A stretch of DNA of 64,000 bases from Dendrobates tinctorius (lineage: Eukaryota). A program made the translations under genes and the position numbers. The stretch spans positions 682,001 to 746,000 of the forward strand of contig NW_027361711.1 of the NCBI RefSeq assembly GCF_039654945.1. Reading direction: 5' to 3'. Positions 13,749 to 26,921 of this stretch are shown here, piece after piece (the first letter of the stretch is position 1; each line of letters begins with the position of its first letter). A model generated the notes under the pieces. It did no database searches. It had not been told where the DNA came from and worked only from the letters and a program-made list of their open reading frames with translations.

Positions 13749-14355
13749 TGTCATGTCGGACGCTGTTCACACCACAGCATCCGGCAGGCAGAGGTAGTTC
13801 CACCTCCAGCCACTATAGCCTCAGTGGCGCCGGTTTGATCTTCAGGCTCTCGGGGGTTAATCCTGCTGGAGACCAGGTTGGAAGGTTAGTCACGCCCACG
13901 GTCTTTAAATAGTCATACTGGCATATGGGCGTCGCCGATTATAGCTTGTGTTTCATACCAAGTGGTTCCGGTCTGGAGTGGAGGTGTTCAAGAGTGAGAG
14001 ATTCATATCTGGTGTCGTATGATCCGTCGTTATCCTTTCTCCTTCCCATATTTGTGTTTAGTTGTGCCCTGTTCACATTACTGTTTATTCCTGTGTGTGT
14101 GCGGCGCAGTGCAGTTTAAGTTCTCCCTGTCTGTCATTATTTGTGTGGGAGCTTTGGTGGTGTGTCTCCTCACTGGGTGGAGGGTGGAGGGTTAAGTGCA
14201 GGGCTGAGCAGGAGATAAGGAAAGGTCGGAGGCTCAGGCATTTGCACCTTCAGCAAAAACCCTGGGTTGAGGGTCAGACAGGGTTTCCCCTAGTAAAAGG
14301 GACACCACAGGGGCCCCGGGTATTTCAGCCTTAGTTGAACTAAGCCCCCGTGACA
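13749..14355. mobile_element. solo LTR inserted in an older MITE
   Basis: TGTCATG...CGTGACA termini; TATA-like TTTAAATA; flanks rejoin a MITE similar to 11445-11742; TSD imperfect (catgt/tttgt). Confidence 0.6.
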
Positions 14356-15284
14356 TTTGTCTGATTTTGGACTGCTGATCCTATAGTTCACCATGAGATA
14401 AGCCACCGCCAGAGACATCTGGCATTGACTCTTAAAAAACACAGCAGTGATCGGCAGAGAAAGCGCTCCTGTATATGGAAGAGTTGGACAAGATGGTTGC
14501 TGGCCAAATGATCAGTCAAACCATTGTTCAGCCAACAGCTATCTAAAGTGTATGGGGTATTGAAGGCACAGAAAGAAATCACAAAGCTCCATGACAAAAG
14601 TTATGCAACTCCACAAACAGAGCTTTACCCGATTTGTATTCAAGTGCTTCATAAATATGTTGCTCAACTGGAAAACAATATTTTTTCATTACATTTGTAG
14701 TGGACGGTACCCCTCAGATTCCCATGTTAATTTCTGGTTAAGATTCAATTTTAATTTATCGCCATGTTTGTGTGCCACTGAATTGCCTCATACATGTTTG
14801 TGGCTGTTTATACTTTGTGTTGTAAAAGGCTGGCACACCATGCTGATATCACCGGGCATCTAACAGTTTCCTGGCTGCCAGCTTACAGGTGGAGAGCATC
14901 TGCTGGCAAGTGTTGTGGCACATAGCGTCATGACAGAACTCTAGTTGGCAGGGCACAGGTCAGGTGTTAATGTTAAAAGTAGGGTATACTGACAGCCACA
15001 AAAACCTGAACTTTACGCAGGCAAAAAAGGTACGAGCACAGCCACCAAGGTCCGGTATCAGAACACCAATGTTCTGTAGGTAGAAGCAAGGCGGCAGAAA
15101 ACCTAAGTGGAGTATTGTAGTGTCATCTACTGGAACAGGAATTCAATTATTGAAAAGATAAGTCAGGTAGAGATGAGTCCGAGACCAAGAGATCCAGAGA
15201 GTTGTCCCCACAAAATAAGCAGGCGAGTCTCGGTAGGGAGAGACAGACTTTGGGAGCCATTGCTGGATCAGTATGGGCTGTGCA

Positions 15285-15452
15285 TTGGAAGACACATACA
15301 GAGGGCCCTTGTGCAAGCGCAATATATGGGCCCTTTGCAGTCCAATATCTCATTATAATGCACAATTCCACCTGTTTTGGAGGTGGATATGGTCTTCTTA
15401 CCTCTTGGGGCCCTGTGTGGCGGCACATGTTGCCCCAATGAGATGTCCGGTA
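15285..15452. mobile_element. short hAT-type MITE (inverted copy of 55665-55838)
   Basis: Reverse-complement similarity to 55665-55838. Confidence 0.6.
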
Positions 15453-16692
15453 GACAGTGGCCAGTGAAATCCATGTTACCCTCAGGTCTGTGGTCTGCCT
15501 TTATAGTGACTGACTACCGTTAACCCTGTCCTTTACAGTTTATGACATCATCAGCCTCTGCATGGAGTCAGAGAAAACAATCTATTCCCATTAGTTTTCT
15601 TGTTTGCCAGTGTAAAGAATACAATGAGAAAATCAATTTACCTGCTGTTCTCTTTAATTCACCAAATGCAAATCTAAATCTTGGCTAATTGTTCTGCCAA
15701 TTCATCCTAATGGCTGGCATATCAGCAACCCCAAATTGGACAAATATATTTGTGTATCTCTAGTCATGAGCCATCCTGTATTTCAATGATTAAATACTCT
15801 CTCAATAGGAAATACAGAGCATAGAAGTAAATTATAGCCGGGCTATTCGTTTTACAATTTCGTGTCTATGCTGAGGATTTTGAAAAAAAAAAAAACTTGA
15901 AATGCACAAAGATGCTAAAAACAAAAATGTGATATTGTGGAGGTATAGATAAGCTCATCTTGGGGCGAGAATATAAACATTTTCCTTTTATGAAGTGTTT
16001 TATATGTATTGCTATAAGCGCAAAGCTGCTCATCCTCCATGCAACCTATGGGACCTGACATCTTTTTCAAAAAGGACCACTTTGCAGTAATCCTCAAAGC
16101 ACACTTTAAAGGGGTTGTCCAGGACTTACATATTGATGACCTACAGATAAATCCCTAATGAAAAGATAAGCTTTGCTCACTTGCATATTTAATAATGCAT
16201 TTTTCCTGAGCTCACTGGAATTTACCACCACAATAATAATAATATTCAGTTAGACCAGAGCAATAGAGTAATATTATGATGCACCTCTATTGGATTTCCT
16301 TCACAAGTAAGAGAAGGGAGGAAAAAGGAAGACTTGGAATAAAATTAGGCTTTGCACTCCATCACAGATACCCTAAGCCTATGGCCTCATGGTAAATAAT
16401 GATTTGTTATGAGAAATGCCTTCTGCTCAGAATTTCTAATATTTGTCTCAAGAAATCAGCATGCTAAACCAGTGCTTGCTGATACTTTTTATAAACCCAA
16501 GTTCATCCATCTCCTACTGACTTGAAATGATTATGAATAAGAGCATTATAAGGCCAGCTTGTGCGGCTGCTACATGTCTAGTGAATATTTATCTTTATTT
16601 AACATATTATAAACGAACAGCTGGGTGCATATAGTCTCTAAAAATGTTTAAACTTTATTGAAAACATCAATATAAAAACAATATACAATTAA

Positions 16693-18288
16693 TTGGCAGG
16701 ATTTCCTCTCTTAAGATGTCCCTCCTTCCTAACCTGCTTTATTATTTTGAGACCTTGCCGGTCAGGGTTCCCATGAGTGAGCTATGATGAGGTTCATTTG
16801 GAAAGATGGACGTCATCGGATCTCTAAGAATGTCCCTGTCTCCCCTAAATCACAGGGGGGCCTATCGGTCCCTGACATCATTAAATATTGCTGGGCCACT
16901 CACCTTCGTAGAATCCCTTCATGGGCTTTGTTTTGGGCATACAATATGTGGAAAGAAATAGAGAAATTATGGTTGACACCAATTCATCCAAATTCTCTAC
17001 TCTGGTTAAATAGGACCATTGTAACTCCGAAGCCCTTATTGGGTCCCATTTGAATCATGAGGGAGCTCTGACTCTCCTCTATGAGGAAGTCTGGACTGGT
17101 CTCTCCTAATTCTCCTTTGATTTCATTTATATTTCAACTCCTTCTGCCAAGCAGTCTTGAGCATGCAATGGCCCACCCTTGGTCCTCTGCGGGCTTGTTT
17201 AGATTTGCGGATGTGGTAGACGGGGATTCGCTTGAGCTTCTTACATTCGAAGATGTCAAATCTAAATTTTCTATTACTAATAAAGAATTTTATCAGTACT
17301 TGCAGATTAAACATTTTGCCTTTTCCCTTTTTGGCTCTTCGGGAGTCTCTCTGCCGACAGACTTTGAGAGGATTTGCAGGAGAGGGTCGTCGACCAAAGG
17401 TTTAATTTCAGAAATATATAAAATTCTGAGTTCTCCCCAAGATGGTTGTCAACCAAAACACACCCGCATGTGCAAATGGGAATCTATTCTGGGAAAGGAA
17501 CTCTCGGCCCAAAACTGGCACACCATCAGGGAAAAGGGGGCTTAAGTCATCTATTTGCACCCTTTATAAAGAAAACCAGTATAAGATATTAATATTCTGG
17601 TATCACATTCCAGACCTTCCACACAGACTGAATCCCTCAATACCAAATGTATGTTGGCGTTGCGGCTCCGATGTGGGCAAGCTGTATCATATCTTCTGGT
17701 CGTGTCCGAGGATTGGAAGTTTTTGGAGGGAGGTGGGTTCATTGATTTCCAAGGTTTTGCTGAAGTGAGGATAGGCCCGACCATATACCTGCTAAATCTC
17801 ACTCCTAAAGGGATGGAAAAATTGTCAGCTAAATTGCTATTACACATTCTTACTGTGGCAAGATGCCTTATCGCCCTCAACTCCCCGTCGTCACACCTTC
17901 ATTTACTATATTGAGTAAATGACATCCGAAGGATGGAACATATGACGGCGATTCTAAATGCGAGTGTGGAGAATTATGACTCTGTCTGGGCTCCATGGGA
18001 TTACTTCTGGGTGCAGAGAATTGATTAAGTCAGTACTTGAATGCTTGATCCTCCCACCCTCTGGTACTTGCTTTCCCCCCTTTCCTTATGGTGTGTTTCC
18101 TGTCTTTCTGTTCGTACAAATTAGGGTTACATGCTCGATAAATCGTTTATGTTTATCCTGTAGTTTAGTTGGAGAGTCATTGATATTATCCTTAATTCCT
18201 GTTTTGTACTGTTAAAGTTTTTCTTGACTTTTCTTTTTTTTTGTCAAAAATTGCTGAAACATTAATAAAAATTTACAGTAAAAAAAAA
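16693..18288 (+). mobile_element. 5'-truncated L1-clade LINE (ORF2 C-terminal part, degenerate)
   Basis: Peptides FIWKDGRHRIS, GGLSVPD and CCHC knuckle CWRCGSDVGKLYHIFWSCP; AATAAA plus poly-A tail; diverged ~17-bp TSD (aaaacaatatacaattaa / aaaccaatataaagttaa). Confidence 0.88.
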
Positions 18289-18606
18289 CCAATATAAAGT
18301 TAACAGAGTAGCACAAATGTGGACCATATAATAGATAAGCATAATTGAATTACATGTCATTAGTATTGAATAAAAGAGAGAGGCTCCCTGATGAAGCATG
18401 GACCGACTGAATCAGAAAATAGTCTAGGAAACAGTTGAAATTATAGAATTGAAGACACCAAAAACAAAACCCAGATAGCTTAATGTGCATTCTACATAGT
18501 GCAGGTTAATAGTCCATCTACCAAGTGTATAGAAAAATTTGTATACAAGAAGATGACTAAAAGGTAACTTACATATCCTAAAGACTGGTGTGGAGAGTGG
18601 CCCTGA

Positions 18607-18644
18607 CACCCCGATGTATGTTTCACCCTTGCTTCATCAGGGGT
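18607..18644 (-). ncRNA. minimal type-I hammerhead ribozyme motif, CpG-decayed
   Basis: Minus strand ACCC-CTGATGA-AGCAAGGGT-GAAA-CATACA-TC-GGGGT; undoing three CpG transitions gives stem II GC/GC and palindromic GAAACGTACGTC. Confidence 0.7.
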
Positions 18645-19156
18645 CCTCACGCTTTGATTCAATGCTAATGACATGTAATTCAATTATGCTTATGTACTAT
18701 GTGGTCCACAATTGCGCTACTCTGTTAAATTTATATTGTTTTTACATTGATGTTTTCAATATAGTTTAAACATTTTTTAGAGACTACCCGGAACCAGTAG
18801 TTGTTGGTATTCACAGTTCAGGTGCATCTCTTGGATGATTTATGCTCTATGGGTTGGTAGTCTTTATTCAACATATTGTAGCATTTGTCGGCTTTACCAT
18901 AGCTATATAGGCTAGTTTACAAAAAAAACACAATCTGAAATAAAGGAGGTTAACCTAGGCAAAAGTCACTGAAAGGCTGTCGCTTCTGGTGGTGCTGTAG
19001 GGCAATTTAACAGTTTGAGGCAGTTCCTTTTAAAGCAACCCTTTCTTAATTATTTTTCTTACATGTCCAGCAGAAAATGGGATTGAATCCAATCGGCAAG
19101 ACTGCAATCTATGAGAGCTCCTGGTCTCACTCTTAACAAGTCTGACATGGGACTTA

Positions 19157-19562
19157 AGGTACTGTCACACTTAGCAATGCACCAGCGATTCCGAAAACGA
19201 TATGACGCGGTCAGGATCGCTGGTGCATCGCTAAGTGGTCGCTAGTGAGCTGCCACACAGGCAGATCTCACCAGCGACATCGCAGCGGTCGGCAGTCGCT
19301 ACTTACCTGTCAGACGAGGCGATGAAGACGTCGTCCCGCCCGCGTCCATGCGTCGCTTGTTGCCACAGCAGGAAGCCCAGCAGGAAGCTGACGACGAGAA
19401 ACGGCCCAGGCTGTTCTTGCGCGATCAGCGATAACCAGCGGGGGAGCGGTCAGAGGTAAGTATCACACACAGCGATATCGCTAGCAATATCGCTATAACG
19501 TCACAAAAACCAGTGACGTTATAGCGATATTGCTAGCGATATCGCTTAGTGTGACGGGTCCT
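19157..19562. mobile_element. CpG-rich MITE (TWA-flanked)
   Basis: TIRs AGGTACTGTCACACTTAGC / GCTTAGTGTGACGGGTCCT. Confidence 0.75.
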
Positions 19563-19986
19563 TTAGTGTCACAATTTGCTGTAAAAAGGACTGACATATT
19601 TATATATACAAATTTTCGATTTAGCTCTCACACCCCATAGCTTTTAAGAGGAATTTCTATTTTTAGAAGCCATATTTATTGAACCTGAATGCTGTGCTTT
19701 CACAGAGATATACTATGCACATAATTGCACAATTTAAATGTTCTAAGTCACAAATGAGCATTGTATGTGAGGTGAAAGTTATAGAGCTATTTGGTTCTGT
19801 GTGGTTACAAGCCGCTTTCACAGTAACTATGAACAAAAAAACAACTAACTCTGTATCCTGTTCTACACATGCAGTTACTGGTCTGGTGCTGCCAGTAGAA
19901 AAGATTTGTTGCAGTTCACTGAAGTTTTCCCACCCATAAACTTGTGCTGGTTTGACAGGTATGCCACAATGAAGAAATAAATTGTG

Positions 19987-20022
19987 TATATATATATGTA
20001 TATATATATATATATATATATA
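19987..20022. repeat. (TA)n microsatellite
   Basis: Seen directly. Confidence 0.95.
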
Positions 20023-20078
20023 CATACAGTATATAGACACGCGATGGACATGTACAGTATATACAATGTACACACATG

Positions 20079-20285
20079 TACATTACCTTGAAAAAGTATT
20101 CATATTTGTGAACTTTTCCACATTTCTTCACGTTACACCCAAAATCTTAAATGTATTTTCTTAGGATTTTATGTGATTTACCAACACAAAGTAGTAAACA
20201 TTTGTGAAGTGTAGAGGAAATGAATGATACATTTTTTTCTAAGAATTTAAAACATGTAAATCTGAAAATTGTGACGTGCAATTTC
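20079..20285. mobile_element. Tc1/mariner terminal (TIR) fragment
   Basis: TA-CAttaccttgaaaaagtattca start and Tc1-like TIR sequence (ttttatgtga..accaacacaaagtag). Confidence 0.55.
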
Positions 20286-20450
20286 TGTCTGCCTCCAATA
20301 GGCGTACAAGTCCAAAAATGATGCATTAGTAGAGAACCGTGTGCAATACTAAGGAAGGTGCTGTAGTAGGATCCCACACCATGAAGTAATAAAAATATAC
20401 TAGGCACTCAACTTAAAGATGAATTTTTTTTACTTTTTAATGTAGTCAAG

Positions 20451-20487
20451 GCAAAACGTTTCGGCCACATTGGCCTTTATCAATTAC
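20451..20487 (-). ncRNA. minimal hammerhead ribozyme variant (U3-A8 core)
   Basis: Minus strand GTAA-TTGATAA-A-GGCC-AATGT-GGCC-GAAA-CG-TT-TTGC. Confidence 0.65.
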
Positions 20488-20688
20488 AAACTATACAGGA
20501 GTGTCAGGGATTCGTGGGAATCCTGTGGATATTTAGTGAGGCACGTCTCAGTATGGTCATTTTCACAAGAGTATGGGGTGTTAAAGAGGAAAAACCCCAA
20601 TGGTAAACAAGCCAGGAGACCTGGGTGTGTGCACGTGCCTGGAGGAAGACGCAGCATCCGCCGCTGACAATATACTCCTGTATACTTT

Positions 20689-20725
20689 GTAATTGATAAA
20701 GGCCAAAGCGGCCGAAACGTTTTGC
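20689..20725 (+). ncRNA. minimal hammerhead ribozyme variant (U3-A8 core)
   Basis: GTAA-TTGATAA-A-GGCC-AAAGC-GGCC-GAAA-CG-TT-TTGC; 4-bp stem II, 4-bp stem I, palindromic AACGTT in place of stem III. Confidence 0.65.
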
Positions 20726-20950
20726 CTTGACTATATTAAAAAGTCAAAAAATTAATCTTTAAGTTGAGTGCCTAATTTATTTTTATTACAAAAATGATGC
20801 ATGACACGGTGACTCCGTCTGCACCATTACAGTCAGTAGCCCCGTTTCCGCATACACTCGAGTTCTGGGGGGGGGGTGTTCGGACTTAAGCCCTGATGGG
20901 GCCAAAGAAGGAGAAAATGCTGTGTGAAAGAGCTCCAATTCTCACTTTTA

Positions 20951-21145
20951 GGCCGTGGTCACACTTGCAAGAAACTCGGATGAGTCTCGCATGTCAATAT
21001 TTGGCACTGCCGCCGGCACTTGGACTTGAGCGTGCGGCTGCATGTATTTCTATGTAGCCGCATGCTCTGCTCCCGAGTGCTGGCGGCAGTGCCGGGCATT
21101 AAGATGCGAGACTCGTCCGAGTTTCTCGCATGTGTGATTCCAGCC
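20951..21145. mobile_element. Harbinger/PIF-type palindromic MITE
   Basis: TTA TSDs; long internal inverted symmetry. Confidence 0.8.
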
Positions 21146-21498
21146 TTAATTAGGATAGTTTGCCTTCTTGCTGTAATATTGAGCGTTAGTTTCAGAACAC
21201 CTGTAAAGCACAGTACTACTAGGATCTCCCACAAAACAGTGTGCCTGTAATATGATGTGCTATACAGCCATATTGCACACTGTAATGTAGAGATTACTGA
21301 TATTAGTGCTTTTACAGCAGAACTCTGCTCAATATAAGGTATTGATCTAATTTTATCCTATGCAAGACAGAAATAGAGCACTCCTTGAGTTGCATGGGAT
21401 CTTACTATAAGAACAAAGGACAAAATCACACAATGTTTCCATATTACAGAAGTATTCTTCTCCTCTAATAATAATCCTTATTTTTATATAGCGCTTTA

Positions 21499-21952
21499 GG
21501 GTGGTTTCACATTAGCGTTTCAGGGCGCAGCGCTGGCCTGCGCACGGCCGCCGCTAAGCCCCGCCCCTGCCGTGCCTCCTCCGGTAGCTCCGCCTACCAG
21601 CGCAAGACGCTGCATGCGTCCTGCGTCCCCTATCTTTATCACTGGGGACGCAGGCCGTGCGCAGTATGCGCTTGGTGGCGCATGCGTCCTTTTGACGGTG
21701 TGCCGACCAGCACCAAACGCAACCTATTGCAATTTGGTTGCGCTCGGCGCACAGTCAAAAGGACGCATGCGCCGCCAAACACATACTGTGCACGGCCTGC
21801 CTCCCCAGTGATAAAGATAGGGGACGCAGGATGCATGCAGCGTCATGCACTGGTAGGCGGAGCTACCGGAGGAGGCTCGGCAGGGGGCGGGGCTTAGCGG
21901 CGGCCGTGCGCAGGCCGTCGCTGCGCCTTGAAACGCTGATGTGAAACCACAC
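21499..21952. mobile_element. young Harbinger/PIF-type MITE, near-perfect ~450-bp palindrome
   Basis: GGGTGGTTTCACAT...ATGTGAAACCACAC, TWA flanks; interrupts a minus-strand L2/SINE tail. Confidence 0.85.
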
Positions 21953-22806
21953 TAACATATTCCGCAGCGCTTTACAGTCTGCACACATTATCACTCTAGA
22001 AGAGAAAGTTTCTGACATATGGCACCCAACAAAGTATTGTAGAGAAGCACACATTTCTTAGGACCACAGGGGACTTTATGAGCGGCAGTACAGCCTACCT
22101 AACCCCGGGAATCGAGAAAACACATGAATTAAGCAAAGTAAAATTTATAGAAACTGCCTTCCAGAAAAAACTAGCTAGAAAATCAGAATAAATTGACAAG
22201 TGGGTGACATGATTACCCTTATTCACAGTCTGTCACTGTCTATTCAGTGCTGACATGCCAGTCCGTGTAGGAACGCCTCATATGGACGAGGGCAATGGTA
22301 ACGTAGTCTTGTCAGGATAGAGGACACACCAAAAGACCATGTTATTTTTACATTTTAAAATGTGTATACAATATTCATCTAATCTTGATATATCATATGG
22401 GGATACCAAATTACTATATGCTGGAAGATAAAAGGAATTGCATACTTTACCACAGCTACATAAAAACAGCCTAAAAGTTAAACATATATCATACTAAAAT
22501 TGACTTATAGCAAAAGAAAAGCAGACACGCAAGGAGTAAAACAACATAAAACATCTAAAACCAGTAACACATACTCTACTGTATAATCGGCATAATTGTA
22601 CAGTGGTCTGACATAAAACATTACAAAATAGTCACTATACTCCCAACAATAGCATGCATAATTTGTACATAGTTTTATTCCTTTTGTTAATGTATTTATA
22701 AAAGAATTATTTTATTCAGAATTCAATATTATGTACGTCATTGTGACATTGACCTGTCCCCATCGAGACCAGGATATGTAAAGAAGGTAGCGCAGGAATA
22801 TTTTAA

Positions 22807-24597
22807 CCCCTTCACCACCTTGTGATTTTCCATTTTTGCGTTTCTTGTTTTTTTGCTCCCCTTCTTCCCAGAGCCATAACTTTTTTCATCAATATAGCTG
22901 AATGATGGCTTGTTTTTTTGCAGGACGCATTGTACTTTTGAATGACATGATTAATCTTGCCATATAGTGTACAGGAAAACCGGAAAAAAATTCCATGTGC
23001 GTTGAAATTGCAAAAAAAATGCAATTCCACAGTTGTTACCATGTTCACTAAATGCTAACACTGACCTGCCATTATGATTCCCCAGGTCATTGCTAGTTCG
23101 CAGATATCAAACATGTAAAGATTCTTTTTGCCATTTCTGTGTGTGGTTCCACTATTACTCCCCAGCAACAGGCCCGCTGTCTTGGGGTCATACTTGATTC
23201 CGAGCTTGCCTTTGCCCCCCACATTCGATCACTGGCTCGCTCCTGTCATCTGCACCTCAAAAACATTTCTAGAATCCGACCTTTTCTTACTTTTGACTCT
23301 GCAAAAACTCTTACTGTTTCTCTTATTCACTCTCGTCTCGACTATTGTAACTCTCTTCTAATCGGTCTCCCTCTTACCAAACTCTCCCCTCTCCAATCTG
23401 TCTTGAATGCTGCAGCCAGGATCATATTCCTCACCAATCGTTACACCGATGCCTCTACCTTGTGCCAGTCATTACACTGGCTACCCATCCACTCCAGAAT
23501 CCAGTACAAACTTATTGCCCTCACCCACAAAGCCCTCCATAGCTCAGCACCACCTTACATCTCCTCCCTTGTTTCAGTATACCACCCTACCCACACCCTC
23601 CGTTCTGCTGATGACCTGAGGTTAGCATCCTCAATAGTCAGAACCTCCCACTCCCGTCTCCAAGACTTTACACGTGCTGTGCCAATTCTTTGGAATGCAC
23701 TTCCCAGGTCAATACGATTAGTCCCCAATCCCCACAATTTTAAGCGTGCCCTGAAAACTCATTTATTCAGACTGGCCTATCGCCTCAATACATTAACCTA
23801 ATCTATCCCTGCGTGGCTCAGCCAAAAGTTTTACCATAACCAGGTTCCCCGCATCATGTTCCCACATGCTTTATGCATCCATCAGCCCTCTGTGTCTGTA
23901 CTGTTACACACTTAACATTATGGCTGATCCAAACAATCAGGGCAACTGTTACCACCCACCTTTCATGTCTCCCTTTTTCCCTCATAGACTGTAAGCTTGC
24001 GAGCAGGGCCCTCATTCCTCTTGGTATTTTGTTATAATCTACTGTATGTGATTATTGTTATGCTGTAATGTCTATTGTCTGTACAAATCCCCTCTGAAAT
24101 GTAAAGTGCTGCGGAATATGTCGGCGCTATAGAAATAAAATTTATTATTAAAATTTATTATTATTTTTGATTTAAGTGGTAAAAAAATTCCAAATTTGGA
24201 AGAAAAAAGACCCGTAGCGTCTCAAATTTTTGTGATCTGTTGCCGGGTGAGGGCTTATTTTTTGCGCACCAAGCTGACGTTTCTATTGATATCATTCAGG
24301 GGTAGATACAATGGTTTGATTGCCTGTTATTGCATTTAATTGCAATGTTGCGGTGACCAAAAAAAAAACCCTAATTCTGGAGTTTTGATTTTTTTTTTCT
24401 CCCTACGCCGTTTACTGAAAGTATTAATTTACTTTATATTTTGATAGATCGGATACATCTGAAAGCAGTAATACCAAATATGTGTTTTTTTCTATTTCAT
24501 TGATTTATTTTGAATGGGGCAATGAGATGAACTTTTACATTTACATTTTTTGAATATTTTTATTTTTTTACACTTTTTACATGCTTCAATAGTATCC
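22807..24597. mobile_element. piggyBac-like (TTAA|CCC) non-autonomous element, left part, with an L2 insert
   Basis: TTAACCCCTTCA start; sequence continues on both sides of the L2; right end not found. Confidence 0.5.
23125..24165 (+). mobile_element. 5'-truncated L2 LINE (ORF2 C-terminus open for 220 aa, plus 3' tail)
   Basis: ARCLGVILDS, SRLDYCNSLL, LHWLP, LWNALP and FKRALKTHLF motifs; (TTA)n tail. Confidence 0.92.
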
Positions 24598-25298
24598 TGT
24601 TAGCGGTTTCTAACATGGGAGCTTGGCCTAAACAGACATTTTGTTAGCACCACGCTGGCTTCACGGCGTGTCACTTCACTCACCTGTGCTGCAGTTGGTT
24701 CCTCTCCCCCTCATGCATCGCATGCTCCCAGCAGCACTTCCAGCTGGGCCTCTAGCCATGTGCTAAGGGCATGCGTGCGCTCCCGCCTTCTTAAAGGACC
24801 AGCGCACGCACTTGCGATTTCCTCCTCAGCCAATGATTTTGAGGCATCATGCATATATTGCTTCCTCTCCACTGGGGAGGTGCCTGAGCAACCTTCCTAT
24901 TTCTGTCTATGTTGTGTAAGGTCGCATACAAGTACAAATCCTTCCCATTGTAGTCCATATACAAATCCTGCTTGCGGTACTCTAAGTGCAAATCCCACTT
25001 TCTGCACTCTGAAGAAAATCCTGTTAGCTGCACTCTGACACAAACTCTGTCTCTGATACGAACTCTGTCTGCTGCACTCTGATACAAGCTCTGCCTGCTG
25101 CTCCATCCAGTCTGTCCTCTGGGTCCAGCTGCTGCGCCTCCATTGGTCTGTCCTGGAGTGGCACCTGGCGTTTATTGGGAGCCAAGTCTAACCTCACCAT
25201 CAGAGGGTCTAGTGAACAGTCAGTTGTTCACATAGTCACGCCCCTCCAGGCACTCTGCGGTCCGTGGTACAATGGCTCCACAAACCACGTTCATGACA
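24598..25298. mobile_element. solo LTR-like element
   Basis: TGTTAGCG...CATGACA termini and internal short repeats; no TSD found. Confidence 0.45.
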
Positions 25299-26103
25299 CA
25301 TTTTACAGTTACTCAATTGTACTCGTCAGAAAACCCAATTTTGATGGCATATTTCCTACCTAAACTCATACTGTACATAAACTATTGGAGAGAGTGGAAC
25401 CATATGACTGCTCACTTGTATTTTTTTTTTCGTATCAATGTAGATAGCAGCCAGATGAAGCTTGGGAACACTACTATATTATTATTATCATCATTATTAT
25501 AATAAACCCTTTCTCTGAGGTCTGATTCCGAGGTCCTCACACACCGGATTGCCATTTCATGTAACCGCTGTAAGCACTGTAGCCACCTCGTTAATACATA
25601 TCTGTTGTCTGTATCCAGGTTCTGTCACCATGGAAATATACCAGAAGAAGCAAGTTAACAAATTACCTCTGTTTCTGTGCTGCCTTCCCAATCCCTGCTC
25701 CTGAAGCTGAAGGAAGGAGGGGATAAAGACTGTCTTTATATTGCTCCAGGCTCTCCTTAAGCCAGAGCAGACACACTTTGCCTATTAATTTAAAGTTTCC
25801 ACATATGGAATGTGTAAATGTGAGATTACATGTAAGATCTCAAGTGAGCCGCTGAAATAGAATGGACTATTGATCACTGTAACATGCTCAATTACAAGGC
25901 ATTATCATAACATATATTATTTACATCACTTCCCTATACTAGTTTACAATTGTCTCAGTTATTCTTCTAGATTTCGGCACGTCAAGAAAATTCTGTAGCT
26001 TTAACATACAGCCTCTGTGTCTCATTACGCATAGTACATTGCATGTATACACCTTGGTCTTTGAAACTTTGGAAACCTTTCCGAATTGTTTATATTTCTG
26101 CAT

Positions 26104-26921
26104 GTGCCAGGCTAACCATTTAGAACTCAACGTAAAGAAAACCAGGGAGCTGGTGTTGAGTTATGGAAGGTGCATGAAGGATTGCTTACCTATCACTATT
26201 GATGGTCAGGATGTGGAGATGGTGGAGAATTTCAAATATTTGGGGGTTCACCTGGACAGCAAGCTTGATTGGAGGTGCCATATGGAGAAGGTTTGCAAGA
26301 AAGGGATGAGTAGACTTTACTTCCTAAGGAAGTTAAGGTCGTTTAATGTGTGTAGCAAAATGCTTGAAATGTTCTACCAATCCATTGTGGCGAGTGCAAT
26401 CTTTGATGCAATTATATGCTGGGGTAGTAGTGTGCGCACAGCTGACGCGAATAAGCTGAATAAACTTATCAAGAAGGCTAGTGCGGCGGTGGGTCTACAA
26501 CTCAGGACTTTCGAGGAGGTATTAGAGGATAGAATTACTAAGAAATGCAAGGCTATAATGAGCAACAATACACACCCGCTCTATGAACTGTTTGCGAAGC
26601 AAAAGAGCACATTCAGCAAGCGTCTACTCCAACTAATGTGTAAAAAGGAAAGATATAGAAAATCGTTTGTTCCGACAGCTGTGGGGATGTTTAACAAATG
26701 TATAAGTGTAAAGCATCCCAAGACTAAATGAAGTTCAAAGTGTATGGGGGGGAATTGGTGAGTTACAAGTACCAGTCTATCCGCATCTGCTGTCCATATA
26801 GACTTATTTTGTAAAGTGTGTATTGTTCTTGTAATGTTCTTGATCTTTGTTCTGCTGCTGTAATACTGTAATTTCCTCCGGGATCAATAAAGTTTATCTA
26901 ATCTAATCTAATCTAATCTAA
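26104..26921 (+). mobile_element. 5'-truncated Rex1/Babar LINE
   Basis: Open ORF: NHLELNVKKTRELV, FKYLGVHLDSKLDW, SRLYFLRKLRSFNV, RYRKSFVPTA; AATAAA plus (ATCTA)n tail. Confidence 0.88.

Larger units (their letters stand above)
16632..18786. mobile_element. fold-back Penelope-like (PLE) remnant, left arm split by the L1
   Basis: Left arm 16632-16692 + 18304-18398 is the reverse complement of 18630-18786; carries a hammerhead motif. Confidence 0.7.
20327..20788. mobile_element. fold-back non-autonomous PLE/retrozyme-like element with two hammerhead motifs
   Basis: Inverted arms 20386-20507 and 20664-20789; flanking direct repeat CAAAAATGATGCAT at 20313-20326 and 20789-20802. Confidence 0.75.
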
